The notes: generated from the letters alone by a model not told the origin. 64,000 nt of DNA from Clostridia bacterium (GCA_017482355.1 JAFUNJ010000008.1:24790-88789); one strand, 5' to 3'; shown: positions 24,513 to 33,385, numbered from the stretch's first letter. Numbers and translations: made by a program.

Positions 24513-26792
24513 ATGCAGCTTTGCTCAAAATGCCACAAACGCCTTGCAGTCGTTTTTGTTGGCAAAATGATAAACGATAAAATTGAAAACGAGGGCTATT
24601 GCCTGCGCTGTGCGAAGAGTCTTGGTATAGCACAGGTAGACGCTCTTATGAATCAGTACGGTATCTCAGAGGACGACCTCGACCGTCTTGAGCCCGATAT
24701 CGACGAAAGCGATCTTCCCGCAGTAGTTGACAGCGGCGATGACGAGGAGGGAAAAGCACCTGCGATCGATTTCATGAAAATCCTCGGTTCTGTTGGCGGA
24801 ATGCCGCCCATGAGGGGAAGACCCGAAAAGAAGCCGAACGAAAAGAATAAAAAAGAAAAGGATAAGAAATTCCTTTCTCAGTACTGCACCTCGCTCACGG
24901 ATAAGGCAAAGAACGGACTTCTCGACGCTATAATCGGACGCGACCGCGAGCTTCAGCGCGTTATGCAGATACTCTGCCGCCGCCAGAAGAATAATCCTTG
25001 TCTCATCGGTGAACCGGGTGTAGGTAAAACTGCGGTCGCAGAGGCGCTTGCTTCAAAGATCGCATCGGGCGACGTTCCTTTCCGCCTTAAGGATAAGGAA
25101 GTGTATCTCGTTGATATGACCGCGCTTCTCGCAGGCACTCAGTTCAGAGGTCAGTTTGAAACGAGAATGAAGGGTCTTATCGACGAGGTAAAGGCGCTCG
25201 GTAACGTTATTCTCGTTATCGACGAGGTCCATACCATCGCCTCCGCAGGAGACGCAGAGGGCAGTATGAACGCCGCAAATATCCTGAAGCCCGCCCTTTC
25301 TCGCGGTGAAATTCAGGTCATCGGCGCAACGACGCTCACCGAATACAGAAAATTCATCGAAAAGGACGCTGCGCTCGAACGCCGTTTCCAGCCCGTTATG
25401 ATCGACGAGCCGTCGGTTAGTGACTGCGTTGAGATACTGAAGGGCATAAAGACTTATTACGAAACCTTCCACGGTATAACCGTCTCGAACGAGCTTCTTT
25501 ACAAGGCAGTAAACCTTTCCGAAAGATATATAACAGACAGATATCTGCCCGATAAGGCGATAGACCTGCTTGATGAGGCACTTTCCTACGTTGCACTCAA
25601 GTCAAAGGTCCTTAATGAATTCAGAGCCGCTGAAAAGGAAGCGCTTGATGTCGCTACCCATAAAGCCGAAATAGAGGCACGCGAGGAGACCGAGCAGGAA
25701 GCGCAGAATAAGAAGTACGAGGAGCTAGCCGAGATAAAGGTCAAGGAGATAAACCTTAATCAGCGTCTCGATTCGCTTCGTGAGGAAAAGGAAAAGCTCT
25801 CGCTTACGGGCGCAGACCTCGCAAGAGTTATCGAAATATGGACGGGAGTTCCCGCGTCCTCGATAATGGAAAACGACTTTGCAAAGCTCGAGCGTCTTAA
25901 GGAAAGCATTTCAGGCAAGATCATAGGGCAGGACCATGCAGTTGATGCAGTCGTCCGTGCGATAAGAAGAAACCGCGCGGGAGTAAGCGCAAAGCGTAAG
26001 CCCGTTTCCTTCATATTTGCAGGACCGACAGGCGTCGGTAAGACCGAGCTTGTAAAGGTGCTCGCATCAGAGCTTTTTGATTCTCCCGAAACGCTTATAC
26101 GCCTTGATATGTCGGAATTTATGGAGAAATTCTCGGTATCGAGAATAATTGGTGCTCCTCCCGGATACGTCGGCTACGACGAGGCGGGACAGCTTACCGA
26201 GAAGATCCGCCGTAAGCCGTACAGCGTCGTGCTTTTCGACGAGATCGAAAAAGCGCATCCCGACGTAATGAATATTCTTTTGCAGATTCTCGACGACGGA
26301 AGAATTACCGATGCGCAGGGAAGAACGGTCAATTTTGAAAACACCGTCATAGTAATGACAACAAATGCCGGCTCAGAGGTATCCTCGTCATCCGCCGGCT
26401 TCTCGGCGAGTCGTCACGATTCCGATAAGGAACGCACCGAAAAGGCGCTTTCAACCTTCTTGCGCCCCGAGTTTATCAACCGTGTCGACGAAATAATCGT
26501 CTTTAACCGCCTGAATAAAGAAAACTTCGCAGAAATTGCGAAGCTTATGCTTAACGACCTCGTAAAAGCACTTTCCGAAAAAGATATCAAATTCGTTTAT
26601 ACCGATAAGGCGGCGAAAGCTATCGCCGATGCGTCGTTCAGCGATAAATACGGCGCAAGAAATATGCGCAGATATATCGAAAAGGAGGTCGAGGATAAGC
26701 TTGCAGATAAGCTTATAAGCGGCTATTCCGAAAATATTTTCGGTATTTCTCTTGACTACGACGGCGAAAAGCTGACCGTTGAAACTATCTAA
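24513..26792 (+). CDS. Class I (two-ring) Clp/Hsp100 AAA+ ATPase with N-terminal zinc ribbon (ClpE-like architecture)
   Basis: CSKC..CLRC at nt 24522-24611, where the ClpC-type N-domain repeats would be. D1: GEPGVGKTA / LVIDEVHT. Short coiled-coil M-domain. D2: GPTGVGKTE / VVLFDEIEKA. Also GARNMRR. Confidence 0.85.
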   Translation: MQLCSKCHKRLAVVFVGKMINDKIENEGYCLRCAKSLGIAQVDALMNQYGISEDDLDRLEPDIDESDLPAVVDSGDDEEGKAPAIDFMKILGSVGGMPPMRGRPEKKPNEKNKKEKDKKFLSQYCTSLTDKAKNGLLDAIIGRDRELQRVMQILCRRQKNNPCLIGEPGVGKTAVAEALASKIASGDVPFRLKDKEVYLVDMTALLAGTQFRGQFETRMKGLIDEVKALGNVILVIDEVHTIASAGDAEGSMNAANILKPALSRGEIQVIGATTLTEYRKFIEKDAALERRFQPVMIDEPSVSDCVEILKGIKTYYETFHGITVSNELLYKAVNLSERYITDRYLPDKAIDLLDEALSYVALKSKVLNEFRAAEKEALDVATHKAEIEAREETEQEAQNKKYEELAEIKVKEINLNQRLDSLREEKEKLSLTGADLARVIEIWTGVPASSIMENDFAKLERLKESISGKIIGQDHAVDAVVRAIRRNRAGVSAKRKPVSFIFAGPTGVGKTELVKVLASELFDSPETLIRLDMSEFMEKFSVSRIIGAPPGYVGYDEAGQLTEKIRRKPYSVVLFDEIEKAHPDVMNILLQILDDGRITDAQGRTVNFENTVIVMTTNAGSEVSSSSAGFSASRHDSDKERTEKALSTFLRPEFINRVDEIIVFNRLNKENFAEIAKLMLNDLVKALSEKDIKFVYTDKAAKAIADASFSDKYGARNMRRYIEKEVEDKLADKLISGYSENIFGISLDYDGEKLTVETI

Positions 26793-26809
26793 GCATTCAA
26801 TTAATAATT

Positions 26810-26966
26810 ATTCTGCGAGATCTCAACGCTACGCGTTGCCCTACGGGTTCGACTGCGTCCGCCCACAGTCATTCTGAGCGAAGTGCGAAGTACGAAGCCG
26901 AACCGCGCAGCGGCGATGCGAAGCATTGGAATCTTGGGTGGGCTTCGCTCAGGATGACCGCAGAAT
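26810..26966. repeat. Composite intergenic inverted repeat containing a GTCATTCTGAGCGAAG / CTTCGCTCAGGATGAC stem and reiterated GCGAAG units
   Basis: Inner arms 26868-26883 and 26943-26958 (15 of 16 positions complementary; the mismatch would be G-U in RNA). Outer arms ATTCTGCG 26810-26817 and CGCAGAAT 26959-26966. GCGAAG/CGAAG occurs 4 times in the loop. Confidence 0.6.
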
Positions 26967-26997
26967 GCCTCTAAATCTTGAAGAAAGGAGAGCAGAT

Positions 26998-29793
26998 ATG
27001 GCTGAAAAATGGTATGATAAATCTGCCGTGCAGACAGCAACGATCCTCGGCACGAACGTCGGAACGGGTCTCGACCGCGACGAAGTACGCAGACGCAGAA
27101 AGCTTGACGGCGAAAACGATATATATCCGACCCCGAAGAAAAACTATAAGACGTATCTTGCTCACCTTCTGACGGATTTCAATTCGCTTCTCATGCTGAC
27201 GGTGCTTCTTATAGCCGCGATATTTGAGGAGACGGAAAACCTGTTCGTCATGCTCGCGGTGCTTTTGACCTATTATACAGTCGCTATGGTGACGTATATG
27301 AAGTCGCAGAGCGTCCTTGACGATATGGGTAAGGGTGCGCTTCCGAACGCAAAGGTGCTTCGCGAGGGAAGAGTATATATGGTAAAGCAGCGGCGTCTTG
27401 TCCGCGGCGACGTTATTTATATTTCCGCGGGCGATATAGTTCCGTGTGATGCGCGACTTGTTGAGAGTAACGACCTTGAGGTACTTGAGGTCAACGTAAC
27501 GGGAGTCACCCACGCCGTGCGTAAATCCGCGCGCTTTGAGGAATATCACGATGTTGCTCCCGCAAATCAGAAGAATATGCTTTTCGCGTCCTCTATTGTC
27601 ACGAAGGGCAACGCCAAAGCGATCTGCTGTGAGATCGGAGGCGAGACGCTTGTTTGCAAGATGAAGAAGAATCAGCCGATCGTTTCTCACGAACGCTTGC
27701 AGGTGTTTGAACGCATCGCGGTCTTCTGCCGCCGTTGGACGCTTGCAATGACTACAGGCGTTTTCATTTTGACCGTATTGTCGCTTCTTGTCGAATCAAC
27801 GAATAACGGCATTTTCCCATCATTTATGACGGGTGTTTCGCTTGCAGTATCGTCGATGAGCGAGTTTTATACCGCATTTGGCTATATAGTCCTTGCATGC
27901 GGCATATTCGGTGCGCTTAACCGTAAAAAAGAGGTAAATAGGGGCGCACTTATAAAGAACAGCTCAAAACTTGAGGATATTAAGAATCTCACTTGCCTGA
28001 TCGTGCCTAAGGAGGGCGCATTCAATATACGCGGAATGTCGCTCGAAAAGGTGTTTGCTAACGGAGACGTTTATGCAAAAGAAGACCGCGGCTTCAAGAA
28101 AAACGCCGCAAGAGTTCTCCGCTATGCGCTTATCTCAACGGGTAAGTACGGAGCAGGTATGCTTACGCGTAACAATATGCTCGGCGAGAACATATATACC
28201 TCGGAGGAAGACGCCATTATCAAGGCGGCAGAGGGACTGAGCGAATATAATATAGGTCTTGAAAGACGCTATCCGATGGTCGAGCACGTCGATCGCGGAA
28301 CGCGCGGCTCCGGCTTTGATACAACGCTCGTTCACTATGAAAACGGCTTCTTCGTAAGCTTACGCGGAGACTACTCGAGTATACTTCCTCTCTGCCGTTA
28401 CTATACGGAGGATAGCCGTGTATATACCATGACCGACGAGAAGCTGAATAACTTCTATATCGAGGCGGAAAAGCTTGCCCGTCAGTCATACAGAGTAATA
28501 GCAATAGCGTCAAAGGATACTGTTTATAACAATCTCAGGCGTGTTGCAAACTGCCATACCGAGCTTACACTTGAAGGTCTGCTCGCGATAAGAGAGCCAA
28601 TACTTCCCGATGCAGCGAAGAACGTCCTTCGCTGTAAAAACGCAGGAATCAAGGTGATAATGCTGTCGCCCGACGAAAGTGAAAATAACGCAGTTGTTGC
28701 AGAGTCCCTCGGTATCGCATCGAGCCCCGATCAGCTTGTGACGGGCAGGGCGCTTTCGGGAATGAAGGAAGGAATCATCAGAGCGGATCTCGATAAATAT
28801 GCAGTGTATCAGGGACTGACCCTTGCGCAAAAGCGAATGATAGTCCGTTATTTGCAGGAAAAGGGCGAAAAGGTCGGTTATCTCTGCTCGGAGCTTGACG
28901 AGATAATCCTGATGAAGGACGCAGACGTCGGCTTTGCGCAAAGCGTAACGCTTTCCGACCGCTCGGGCGGAAGCGGTGTTGACCTTTCAAGACATAATAT
29001 TCCGATTTACAGTAAGGACGCAAACTCGGGACAAACGGGATGCGAGGCGCTGAAATTCGTCTCCGACGTTATCGTTTCCGAGCCCGATTCCTCGGGAACG
29101 GGCGGCTTTAACGCCATAGTCGATGCGTTCCTCTGCTCGAAATCTGTGTATTATAACCTGCACAGAATGCTAAAATACATGATAAGCACGCAGATTGCTC
29201 GTCTTCTGCTTGTATTTATATCGCTTCTGTGCGGATTTACCGCGCTGATCCCGTCGCAGATACTCTTCCTAGGTCTTGTTACCGATTTCGCGGCGATAAT
29301 TATAATCGCCTTTGAAAAGCCGGACTATTCGCTTGTCAAGGCGTCGTCAAACGTCGGCGGAAAGCTTCATAATCCCTTTATTAAGAATCCCGAAGCGGCG
29401 CTGATGGGAATTCTTTGGGCGGTAGTTACGGCTGTCAGTGCTGTGATGCTGACTAAGACCTCCGTAATGCCTGAATCTGCCGTTACAGCTTATTGCTTCG
29501 TCAGCTTCATTATTGCGCAGATAGCAATGCTGAACGAATGTAAGCGCGAACAGAGCGTGTTCAATAAGAATGTAAGGGTAAACGGCGCATATATTACCAT
29601 GCTTGTAGTTGTGATCGCGTTCATTGCGTTCGCTTTTGCGCTGCCAAGCTTCGGCGAGCTGTTCGGCATAGTTCCTATATCGCCCTATGCCGCTCTTGCG
29701 CTTCTTATTCCTGCGGTGATCCTGACAGTGGCTTACGAGATCTTCAAGGCAATTACGCGTCCAAAAGGTGACAAAAAGCGCACTAAAAGCTAA
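26998..29793 (+). CDS. P-type ATPase homologue (P2/Ca-ATPase-like fold) with all catalytic signatures substituted; probable pseudo-ATPase
   Basis: ATG 26998 follows AAAGGAGAG. Cation-ATPase N-terminus, GDIVPCDARL and about 10 TM segments. However TGES->TGVT, PEGL->MSEF, DKTGT->PKEGA, TGD->SPD and GDGxND->SELDEI. Confidence 0.85.
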   Translation: MAEKWYDKSAVQTATILGTNVGTGLDRDEVRRRRKLDGENDIYPTPKKNYKTYLAHLLTDFNSLLMLTVLLIAAIFEETENLFVMLAVLLTYYTVAMVTYMKSQSVLDDMGKGALPNAKVLREGRVYMVKQRRLVRGDVIYISAGDIVPCDARLVESNDLEVLEVNVTGVTHAVRKSARFEEYHDVAPANQKNMLFASSIVTKGNAKAICCEIGGETLVCKMKKNQPIVSHERLQVFERIAVFCRRWTLAMTTGVFILTVLSLLVESTNNGIFPSFMTGVSLAVSSMSEFYTAFGYIVLACGIFGALNRKKEVNRGALIKNSSKLEDIKNLTCLIVPKEGAFNIRGMSLEKVFANGDVYAKEDRGFKKNAARVLRYALISTGKYGAGMLTRNNMLGENIYTSEEDAIIKAAEGLSEYNIGLERRYPMVEHVDRGTRGSGFDTTLVHYENGFFVSLRGDYSSILPLCRYYTEDSRVYTMTDEKLNNFYIEAEKLARQSYRVIAIASKDTVYNNLRRVANCHTELTLEGLLAIREPILPDAAKNVLRCKNAGIKVIMLSPDESENNAVVAESLGIASSPDQLVTGRALSGMKEGIIRADLDKYAVYQGLTLAQKRMIVRYLQEKGEKVGYLCSELDEIILMKDADVGFAQSVTLSDRSGGSGVDLSRHNIPIYSKDANSGQTGCEALKFVSDVIVSEPDSSGTGGFNAIVDAFLCSKSVYYNLHRMLKYMISTQIARLLLVFISLLCGFTALIPSQILFLGLVTDFAAIIIIAFEKPDYSLVKASSNVGGKLHNPFIKNPEAALMGILWAVVTAVSAVMLTKTSVMPESAVTAYCFVSFIIAQIAMLNECKREQSVFNKNVRVNGAYITMLVVVIAFIAFAFALPSFGELFGIVPISPYAALALLIPAVILTVAYEIFKAITRPKGDKKRTKS

Positions 29794-29798
29794 TAAAA

Positions 29799-29836
29799 AT
29801 GACCGAAAACGGTACGTTTTCGGTCATTTATTTTTT
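29799..29836. terminator. Bidirectional rho-independent terminator
   Basis: 12-bp stem atgaccgaaaac / gttttcggtcat, loop GGTAC, downstream TTATTTTTT, upstream AAAA. Confidence 0.85.
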
Positions 29837-30875
29837 ACTGAAGCTCGCTTACGTAGTAAGCTCTCGAATACGCCTTGTTTCCTTGCGCGTCAGTGACTGT
29901 CACGCGGATATATGCGGGAGGGTCGGTCTTTAGCTTGTGTTCAGAATCGGCAATGTACGATTTGAGATCAAATACCGCTTCGGTGTGCGGAACTCCGTCC
30001 TTTGATCTGACGCATCTGTTATGGCGTCTTTCGGTTGCAACCTCAACCGATACTGCGGGTGAGGTCTTGACGGTAAGTATTCCGTCCTCGATATAAAGAT
30101 CGTGTATCTCGGGACCTGTTGAGGAATAGAAGTCGCCGTTTTCAAGCGCGGTCATTATCGTCACGTAATCAAGCTTGTCTGCCTTGATCATGGTCCAGCC
30201 GCCGAAATAGTCCCAGAATGTATCCTTTTTGCCGTGCGCGTCGTCCGTTGCGAGAGGGAAGACGTTTTCGCCGAGCGTGAGAAGATCGTCAAGCGGCTGA
30301 ACGGTATCGGGATAACCGCTTCTGACGCATCCCGTGTTGTACACCTCAACGCCCCAAACGCCCTTAAGCTTTGAATAGAAGGGATAGTGGTTGAGCGACC
30401 AGACGGGATGGTTGTACGAAACGAGAAATCCGTCTGCATTTGCGGCGGCAATTACCTCGTTCATCGACTCGGGAGTGAAGGTTCTCTTGAAGTCGATCTC
30501 CTTCATCTCGTCGGCAATATACTGCTCGGCGTGAGCAGGCCAGAGACGCGATTTTGAGTATACGGCGCAAACAGTCTTGTTCGGATCCTTGGCATAGAGA
30601 TTCATGTGACAGGTCTCGCGGTAGCTGTACGCACCGTGAGTAAGCTCTGCGTTGGTCGCAAGCTCGACTGCGGTTATCGCAAGAAACTCATCGTCGTCAA
30701 GGTCCTTATGAGGCACCATTGCCTCGTGATCCGTATAAGCAACGACCGAATATCCGCGATTTTTGTATTCTTCCTTTATCTCCTCGGGCGTAAGTGATCC
30801 GTCGGAGATCGTCGTATGAACGTGGAGATTTGCCTTATAGTAATTACCTTTTTCGGGTAAAAGGTGCTTTGTCAT
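29835..30875 (-). CDS. PHP domain metallophosphoesterase family protein
   Basis: N-terminal KANLHVHTTISDGSLTPEEI..VAYTDHE PHP motifs, later NHP and DDAHG. 346 aa. Confidence 0.75.
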   Translation of the reverse strand: MTKHLLPEKGNYYKANLHVHTTISDGSLTPEEIKEEYKNRGYSVVAYTDHEAMVPHKDLDDDEFLAITAVELATNAELTHGAYSYRETCHMNLYAKDPNKTVCAVYSKSRLWPAHAEQYIADEMKEIDFKRTFTPESMNEVIAAANADGFLVSYNHPVWSLNHYPFYSKLKGVWGVEVYNTGCVRSGYPDTVQPLDDLLTLGENVFPLATDDAHGKKDTFWDYFGGWTMIKADKLDYVTIMTALENGDFYSSTGPEIHDLYIEDGILTVKTSPAVSVEVATERRHNRCVRSKDGVPHTEAVFDLKSYIADSEHKLKTDPPAYIRVTVTDAQGNKAYSRAYYVSELQ

Positions 30876-30879
30876 AGAA

Positions 30880-31437
30880 TTACTCCATTACGGTTCCGTC
30901 GGGATGGAAAAGGGGAAGCTTTTCAAGGTATACGATGTCGGGGCGCTCCTGAGCGTCACCCTCGGCAAGTATACATGCCTTTCCAACGATGATTCCGCCT
31001 GCCTGCTCAACGAGAACTGCAAGCGCGTTAAGTGATTCACCTGTCGAAATAACGTCGTCGACAAGCAGGATCTTCTTGCCCTTCATTCTCTCGGCATCCA
31101 TTCCGTCGAGATAGAGGTGCTGATCTGCGTCGGTGGTTATCGAGCGAACGGGAACGTCAAAAACGCTTGTCATATAAAGCTTCGGGTGCTTACGTGCAAC
31201 GAAATAGAAATCGTCCTCGCGCTGTCTTGCCATTTCGTGTGCAAGCGGAATACCCTTCGCCTCTGCGGTTATGAGGTAATCGTATTCGGGAACGATCTTA
31301 AGGAGATCTCTAGCGCAGGCAACGGTAAGCTCTGCGTCACCGAAAATTACGAATGCGCCGATACTGAGGTTTTCGTTTACGGGGCAGATCGGAAGATGTC
31401 TCTGAAGCCCCGCGATGGTCATTTTATGAGTGAGCAT
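30880..31437 (-). CDS. Phosphoribosyltransferase family protein (Apt/Xpt-like purine PRTase)
   Basis: PRPP-binding motif KKILLVDDVISTGESL. Start is ambiguous: ATG 31446 directly abuts the RBS, while ATG 31437 has 8-nt spacing from AAAGGA. The shorter form is given. Confidence 0.7.
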   Translation of the reverse strand: MLTHKMTIAGLQRHLPICPVNENLSIGAFVIFGDAELTVACARDLLKIVPEYDYLITAEAKGIPLAHEMARQREDDFYFVARKHPKLYMTSVFDVPVRSITTDADQHLYLDGMDAERMKGKKILLVDDVISTGESLNALAVLVEQAGGIIVGKACILAEGDAQERPDIVYLEKLPLFHPDGTVME

Positions 31438-31471
31438 GATAGTCATCCTTTCAATAATAACTCTACTGTAA

Positions 31472-31499
31472 ATTATATCTCAAAAACGCAAAAAGTCAA
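31472..31499 (-). promoter_or_regulatory. Candidate promoter TTGACT-16-TATAAT for the PRTase/PHP operon (minus strand)
   Basis: Plus strand has attata at 31472-31477 and agtcaa at 31494-31499, giving TTGACT and TATAAT on the minus strand. Confidence 0.5.
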
Positions 31500-31539
31500 G
31501 ATAATTTACTTCTATTCTTATAATAATCAATAAAAATAC

Positions 31540-31568
31540 TTGAATTATTCAGAAAGGTCTGCTATAAT
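31540..31568 (+). promoter_or_regulatory. Candidate promoter TTGAAT-17-TATAAT for the oxidoreductase gene
   Basis: TTGAAT at 31540-31545, 17-nt spacer, TATAAT at 31563-31568. Confidence 0.55.
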
Positions 31569-31604
31569 ATATTATATATAACTATATAATGGGAGTATTA
31601 TCTG

Positions 31605-32729
31605 ATGAATATAGGATTGCTCGGCTTCGGAGCTATGGGAAAGACGCATACCTATTCGGTTAAAAACCTGCCGTTCTTCTACGGTGCCGGATATGAAAAC
31701 GATAAAATTGTTGCCTTGGCATCGGGTCATTACGAGAATGCCGTCAAGGCGGTAGAGAAGTTTTCGCTCGGACGCGCCTATCAAAGCGAGGACGAGATCA
31801 TAAACGATCCGAATATTGATATAGTCGATATTTGCACGCCGAATATTTATCACTACGAAACCGTTAAAAAGGCGCTGATCGCCGGCAAGCACGTTTACTG
31901 CGAAAAGCCGCTTGCGGTCACTTATGATGAGGCGAAGGAGCTTTGCGACTTAGCCGAAAGCAAGGGACTTACCTGCCGAATCGTATTCAATAACCGCTTT
32001 ATGCCTGCGGTTATGAGAGCGAAGGAGATAGTAGAGAGTGGACGGCTTGGAAACGTGATAACCTTCCGTGTGGCTTATCTTCACGCAAGCTGCATTGATC
32101 CGAAGAAAAAAGCGGGCTGGAAGCAGAACCGCGACATTTGCGGCGGAGGAGTTCTTTTCGACCTCGGCTCGCACGCTATCGATCTTGTCCGTCACCTTTG
32201 CGGCGAGATAGCTTCGGTCAGCGGCAGAAGTCAGATATATCATAAAAACCGTCTCGGTGTTGACGGCAAAGCGTGGGAGACGAACGCTGACGAGGCGTTC
32301 TATATTACAGCCGAGCTTGAAAACGGCGGTATGGGAACTATCGAAGCAAATAAGCTTGCGATCGGAACGAACGACGACCTCTCGTTTGAAATATACGGAG
32401 AAAAGGGTGCGCTCAAATATTCGCTTATGCAGCCGAATTATCTGCGTTATTACGACGGAGAGAGAGCCGGCGGTGTTTTAGGCGGTGACGGCGGATTTAC
32501 CGATATCGAATGTGTCGGCAGATATCCATCTCCTGGCGGAATTTTTCCGTCGTTCAAGGCGCCGGTCGGCTGGCTTATGGGTCACGTTGAGTCTTACCGC
32601 GACTTCCTTGACGCCATCAAGAACGGTAGCGTATCGAAGCCCGATTTTAAAGACGGTGCTAGAGTACAGCTTATAATGGAAAAGGCATACGAGTCGGCAG
32701 ATAACGGCTCGATAGACATTCGCGTTTGA
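31605..32729 (+). CDS. Gfo/Idh/MocA family NAD(P)-dependent oxidoreductase
   Basis: MNIGLLGFGAMGKTH Rossmann N-terminus, DIVDICTPNIYH, HVYCEKPLA (EKP motif). Confidence 0.85.
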   Translation: MNIGLLGFGAMGKTHTYSVKNLPFFYGAGYENDKIVALASGHYENAVKAVEKFSLGRAYQSEDEIINDPNIDIVDICTPNIYHYETVKKALIAGKHVYCEKPLAVTYDEAKELCDLAESKGLTCRIVFNNRFMPAVMRAKEIVESGRLGNVITFRVAYLHASCIDPKKKAGWKQNRDICGGGVLFDLGSHAIDLVRHLCGEIASVSGRSQIYHKNRLGVDGKAWETNADEAFYITAELENGGMGTIEANKLAIGTNDDLSFEIYGEKGALKYSLMQPNYLRYYDGERAGGVLGGDGGFTDIECVGRYPSPGGIFPSFKAPVGWLMGHVESYRDFLDAIKNGSVSKPDFKDGARVQLIMEKAYESADNGSIDIRV

Positions 32730-32767
32730 CCGACCGATGGCGGTTTTCCGTCGGAGAATGAGGGACT

Positions 32768-33385
32768 ATGCTTACAGTAGGACTGACGGGCAGCTCGGGA
32801 AGCGGTAAGGGGTACGTATCCGACATAATGAAGAGCGTCGGAATACCTTGCCTCGATACAGATAAGGTCTGCCGTGATGTCTATATGAAGGGTAACGAAT
32901 GCTATGACGATCTTGTACGCAATTTCGGAGATATCATTCTAGGCGATAACGGCGAGATCGACAGAAAGAAGCTCTTTAACCTTACTTTTACCGATAAAGA
33001 AAGATACGAGCAGTTAAATTCGATCGCTTTTTATCACATAATGCGCCAGACAAAAAAATGGCTCGACGAGCGTGAGAGAGAGGGCGAGAAGATAGTCGTT
33101 ATTGACGCGCCGATGCTTTACGAAAGCGGATTTGACAAGATGTGTCAGAAGGTCGTTTGCGTGACCGCAGACATACCGACACAGGTCAGCCGCATTATGA
33201 AGCGTGACGGCATCTCGGAGGAAGAGGCGCGCGTTCGTCTGAGCAAGCAGAAGGCGAACATTTACTATACCTCAAAGGCGGATTACGAGCTTAACAATTC
33301 GATTCGCAACGAGCACAATATTTACACCGAAACTACGCGTCTTGTCGGCGTTTTGCGCCGTCACGAGGCGAGGATGAATAAGTAA
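32768..33385 (+). CDS. coaE: Dephospho-CoA kinase
   Basis: VGLTGSSGSGKGYV P-loop, DTDKV, VIDAPMLYESG. Confidence 0.9.
   Translation: MLTVGLTGSSGSGKGYVSDIMKSVGIPCLDTDKVCRDVYMKGNECYDDLVRNFGDIILGDNGEIDRKKLFNLTFTDKERYEQLNSIAFYHIMRQTKKWLDEREREGEKIVVIDAPMLYESGFDKMCQKVVCVTADIPTQVSRIMKRDGISEEEARVRLSKQKANIYYTSKADYELNNSIRNEHNIYTETTRLVGVLRRHEARMNK

Noticed and set aside
26801-27040. 79-aa minus-strand ORF, plus the 24-codon N-terminal extension (26926-26997) of the P-type ATPase ORF in the track.
   Set aside because: Both simply translate the GC-rich intergenic inverted repeat. The ATPase has a proper RBS (AAAGGAGAG) in front of ATG 26998, and its homology begins there.
30114-30122. A third copy of the candidate LytTR half-site ACCTGTTGA, inside the PHP-domain gene.
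   Set aside because: It is a single copy with no partner at 21-bp spacing, and it lies deep inside a coding region. About 0.5 chance occurrences of any 9-mer are expected in this window.
31447-31604. Possible purine riboswitch upstream of the phosphoribosyltransferase gene.
   Set aside because: The candidate promoter leaves a 5' UTR of only about 35 nt, and the 158-nt spacer is shared with a divergent promoter. There is no room for an aptamer and no conserved purine-riboswitch core is visible.
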